Shown here: piece by piece, positions 61,626-64,000 of the stretch
Numbering within the stretch: position 1 is the first letter of the stretch
Layout: the number at the start of each line of letters is the position of its first letter
Source: Verrucomicrobiota bacterium
Lineage (GTDB): Bacteria; Verrucomicrobiota; Verrucomicrobiia; Opitutales; Seribacteraceae
Direction of reading: 5' to 3'
Assembly: GCA_027622665.1 (NCBI GenBank)
Contig: JAQBYT010000001.1
Coordinates: forward strand, 32,001 to 96,000
DNA length: 64,000 nucleotides
Notes under the pieces: model-generated
Seen by the model: only the letters and a program-made list of their open reading frames with translations
What the model was told of the DNA's origin: nothing
Database searches by the model: none
Translations under genes and position numbers: made by a program

Positions 61626-62057
61626 ATGCGTATAAATCATCACAACATCACCAGTTCACTTGAGAATGAATTGAATCAATTTCTTAAACTTGGTCGCACG
61701 TTCGTCCCACTTGCTCAGGCCTTTTGGGAATCCTTAACTCATTATGATCAAAGTGAACCTCGAGCACCTATTAAGTGGGTTGACCAAGAAGACCGCGATG
61801 AAACCTTTCTGTCCTTGCCTGGTTTTTCGAAAAAAGAGGTTTCAATCAAGTTGGAGAGGGATCTTCGCTTAATTTCTGGAGAGAAAGTGGACGGGGTGGT
61901 AAACTCGATTGTCAATGAACCAAATGGTTCCCACTCTCTTAACCTGCCTGACGGCGTAGAAATCGATAAGGCGAAGGCTACTCTCTCTAACGGAGTTCTT
62001 GCCATCATGTTCCCGAGGTCCGCAAAAGCGAAGCCAAGAAAAATCAAGAGTTCTTAG
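61626..62057 (+). CDS. Small heat-shock protein (Hsp20/alpha-crystallin)
   Basis: LPGFSKKEV, ISGE, LPDGVE, ATLSNGVLAIMFP, PRKI; strong RBS. Confidence 0.9.
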   Translation: MRINHHNITSSLENELNQFLKLGRTFVPLAQAFWESLTHYDQSEPRAPIKWVDQEDRDETFLSLPGFSKKEVSIKLERDLRLISGEKVDGVVNSIVNEPNGSHSLNLPDGVEIDKAKATLSNGVLAIMFPRSAKAKPRKIKSS

Positions 62058-62154
62058 ATTTAGGCATCGGGTATAGTTTTAACATGGGCACGGGGGGCGA
62101 GTCTCACGAATCACCCCTAGTTGTTTGCTCGCGTTTCTCACTTTTCGAGTTTTG

Positions 62155-64000
62155 ATGGATATCAGTTCCGTCATGCAGAGAGAGCTTCCCATTGTTTCTA
62201 GAGTCGACGATATCGTTTCCGCCGCCCGTGGTGAGCGGCGTCTGGTTGTTACCGCTCCAACGGGTTCGGGGAAGTCGACCCAATTACCCCAAATGTTGCT
62301 CGACTCCGGGTCTTTCCCTGACCAAATTGTAGTTCTTGAGCCACGCCGGCTTGCCGCCCGCATGCTTGCACGGCGCGTGGCGAGTGAACGGAGCAGTTCC
62401 GTTGGGCAAGAGGTTGGTTATCAGGTACGTTTCGACAATCAAACATCTTCCGCAACCAAAATCGCATATGTCACCGAAGGTTTGCTTTTACGACGAATGT
62501 TGGCACGACCTGATCTTGCGGGTATTTCCGCTCTCATATTTGATGAGTTTCACGAGCGCAGCCTGGAGTCTGATCTTACTCTCGCTTTGGCCAAAACCAT
62601 CCAAGAGACTTCGCGACCCGATCTCGCTTTAGTAGTGACTTCAGCGACCATTTCAACAGAGCCGCTTTGTGAATACCTTGGCTCTTGTCCTGTAGTTCAG
62701 GTTGATGGTCGCTCTTTCCCTGTTGAGGTTTCTTTTGCGGGTGCCGGCAGGGATGAACCTCCATGGCAGAGAGCCGCAAAACAAGTGATCCGCCTCTCCT
62801 CGGAATACAATGGGGATTTTCTCGTCTTTATGCCGGGTGCGTTCGAAATCCGAAAAACCATAGAAGAATTGAGCCGTTCCCATCACATGAAAGGATTCGA
62901 TCTTCTACCCCTTTACGGCGACTTGCCACCGGACCGGCAGGATGCGGCCATTCGCAAAAGTGAACGTCGCAAAGTGGTGGTAGCGACCAATGTGGCGGAA
63001 ACCTCCCTAACTATTGATGGCGTGCGAGTGGTTGTCGACTCGGGCTTAGCGAAAAAAGCGAGTTTTGATCCGAGACGTGGTATAAATGCCCTTTTGACGG
63101 AGCCAATCAGTCGTGCATCGGCGGACCAACGAACTGGCCGAGCCGGTAGAACTGCTCCTGGCTTTTGTTTGAGGCTTTGGGGAGAAAAGGAGCACGAACA
63201 CCGACCTGCGGCGGAAACCCCTGAAGTTTGCCGTTTGGATTTTGCTGAAACGATGCTGAGTTTATTGGCCGCCGGGCAAGAACCTTCAACAGTCTGTTGG
63301 TTTGAACAACCCACAGAATTAGCCCTCGAAAAAGCCCAAAGTCTACTGGCTGATCTCGGAGCTCTAGACATGGATGGATCCATAACGAACCGAGGGAGGG
63401 AAATGGCCGCTTTCCCTCTGCACCCACGTCATGCCCGAGCATTGCTCGAAGCTCGAGATCGAGATTGCCTTCCTGCCGTTGCCCTTGCTTTGGCTCTAAG
63501 TCAAGATCGTCCGATTTTGCTACCTTTGCGCGATAAACGCCTCGAGAAAGAGCGGGAAGATCTTTTAGATGCCGATCAAGATGAAATCGCCACTGATTTT
63601 TTTCGTGTGCTGCGTGCTTGGAGTTTAGTAGCCGAACGAAACTTCGATCCTTCGCTCTGTCGAGATATCGGCATCCATGCAGGCCGTTGCCGAGATGCCT
63701 CCCGCCTTTCTCAACGCTATCTGTCTCTTGCCGGCATAAACCACGATGACGATCTGTCATGCTCTCCTGCAGACTTAGCTAAATGCCTGTTGTGCGCTTT
63801 TCCCGATCATATCGGCAAGCGTCGCAACTCAGGGATGCTCGTATATGCTCTTTCAAATGGAAAAAATGGCGAGCTTCGTCGGCAGAGCGCCGCCCGCGAT
63901 GCCGACCTTCTTGTTGCCGCGGAATTAGATGAAATTGAAATGCGCGGAGACGTGGGCCTCGTTTTGAGTCTCGCCACGGAGATTCGCGAGGAGTGGCTCG
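62155..64000 (+). CDS. hrpB: ATP-dependent RNA helicase HrpB (3' truncated by window edge; missed by the ORF track)
   Basis: APTGSGKST, LEPRRLAAR, FDEFHERSLESDL, TSAT, ATNVAETSLTIDGV, QRTGRAGR; starts at ATG 62155 or 62173. Confidence 0.95.
   Translation, partial: MDISSVMQRELPIVSRVDDIVSAARGERRLVVTAPTGSGKSTQLPQMLLDSGSFPDQIVVLEPRRLAARMLARRVASERSSSVGQEVGYQVRFDNQTSSATKIAYVTEGLLLRRMLARPDLAGISALIFDEFHERSLESDLTLALAKTIQETSRPDLALVVTSATISTEPLCEYLGSCPVVQVDGRSFPVEVSFAGAGRDEPPWQRAAKQVIRLSSEYNGDFLVFMPGAFEIRKTIEELSRSHHMKGFDLLPLYGDLPPDRQDAAIRKSERRKVVVATNVAETSLTIDGVRVVVDSGLAKKASFDPRRGINALLTEPISRASADQRTGRAGRTAPGFCLRLWGEKEHEHRPAAETPEVCRLDFAETMLSLLAAGQEPSTVCWFEQPTELALEKAQSLLADLGALDMDGSITNRGREMAAFPLHPRHARALLEARDRDCLPAVALALALSQDRPILLPLRDKRLEKEREDLLDADQDEIATDFFRVLRAWSLVAERNFDPSLCRDIGIHAGRCRDASRLSQRYLSLAGINHDDDLSCSPADLAKCLLCAFPDHIGKRRNSGMLVYALSNGKNGELRRQSAARDADLLVAAELDEIEMRGDVGLVLSLATEIREEWL

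Overview
Bacterial window of roughly 50-55% GC (estimated by eye). Gene content points to Verrucomicrobiota, probably a marine Opitutales-like organism, with many planctomycete-type accessory families; this assignment is inference from gene content. The left third (0.7-24 kb) is an accessory glycan/sulfate-utilisation region. It holds two Cys-type sulfatases, ApbE divergent from a di-haem cytochrome c/FGE-fold fusion, DUF1080, a PmoA-like protein, a Tat-exported sugar isomerase, a SASA esterase, two DUF1549/DUF1553 + DUF1501 pairs, a PhyH dioxygenase and an amidohydrolase. The rest is mostly housekeeping: argH, sdhCAB, pyrG, clpB, nth, a Rieske gene plus a cytochrome b/di-haem c fusion, hppA, rpmF-plsX-fabH-bamD-lptE-rpe, uppP, trpD-glmM, hsp20 and a partial hrpB. 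Several decayed genes are interspersed: an NHL propeller, an M.HpaII-like C5 methyltransferase, a TIR-WD40 gene and hydrolase relics. The most notable observations are (1) an exported SHD1-LIM-DA1 zinc peptidase resembling plant DA1, (2) a candidate flavin/haem periplasmic redox module with a possible non-canonical flavinylation motif, (3) modular DUF1553/DUF1501 pairs, (4) a decayed defence islet and (5) sigma-54-type promoters on both heat-shock genes. No tRNA, rRNA, CRISPR array or IS element was recognised. All family calls come from motif recognition by eye; no searches were run.
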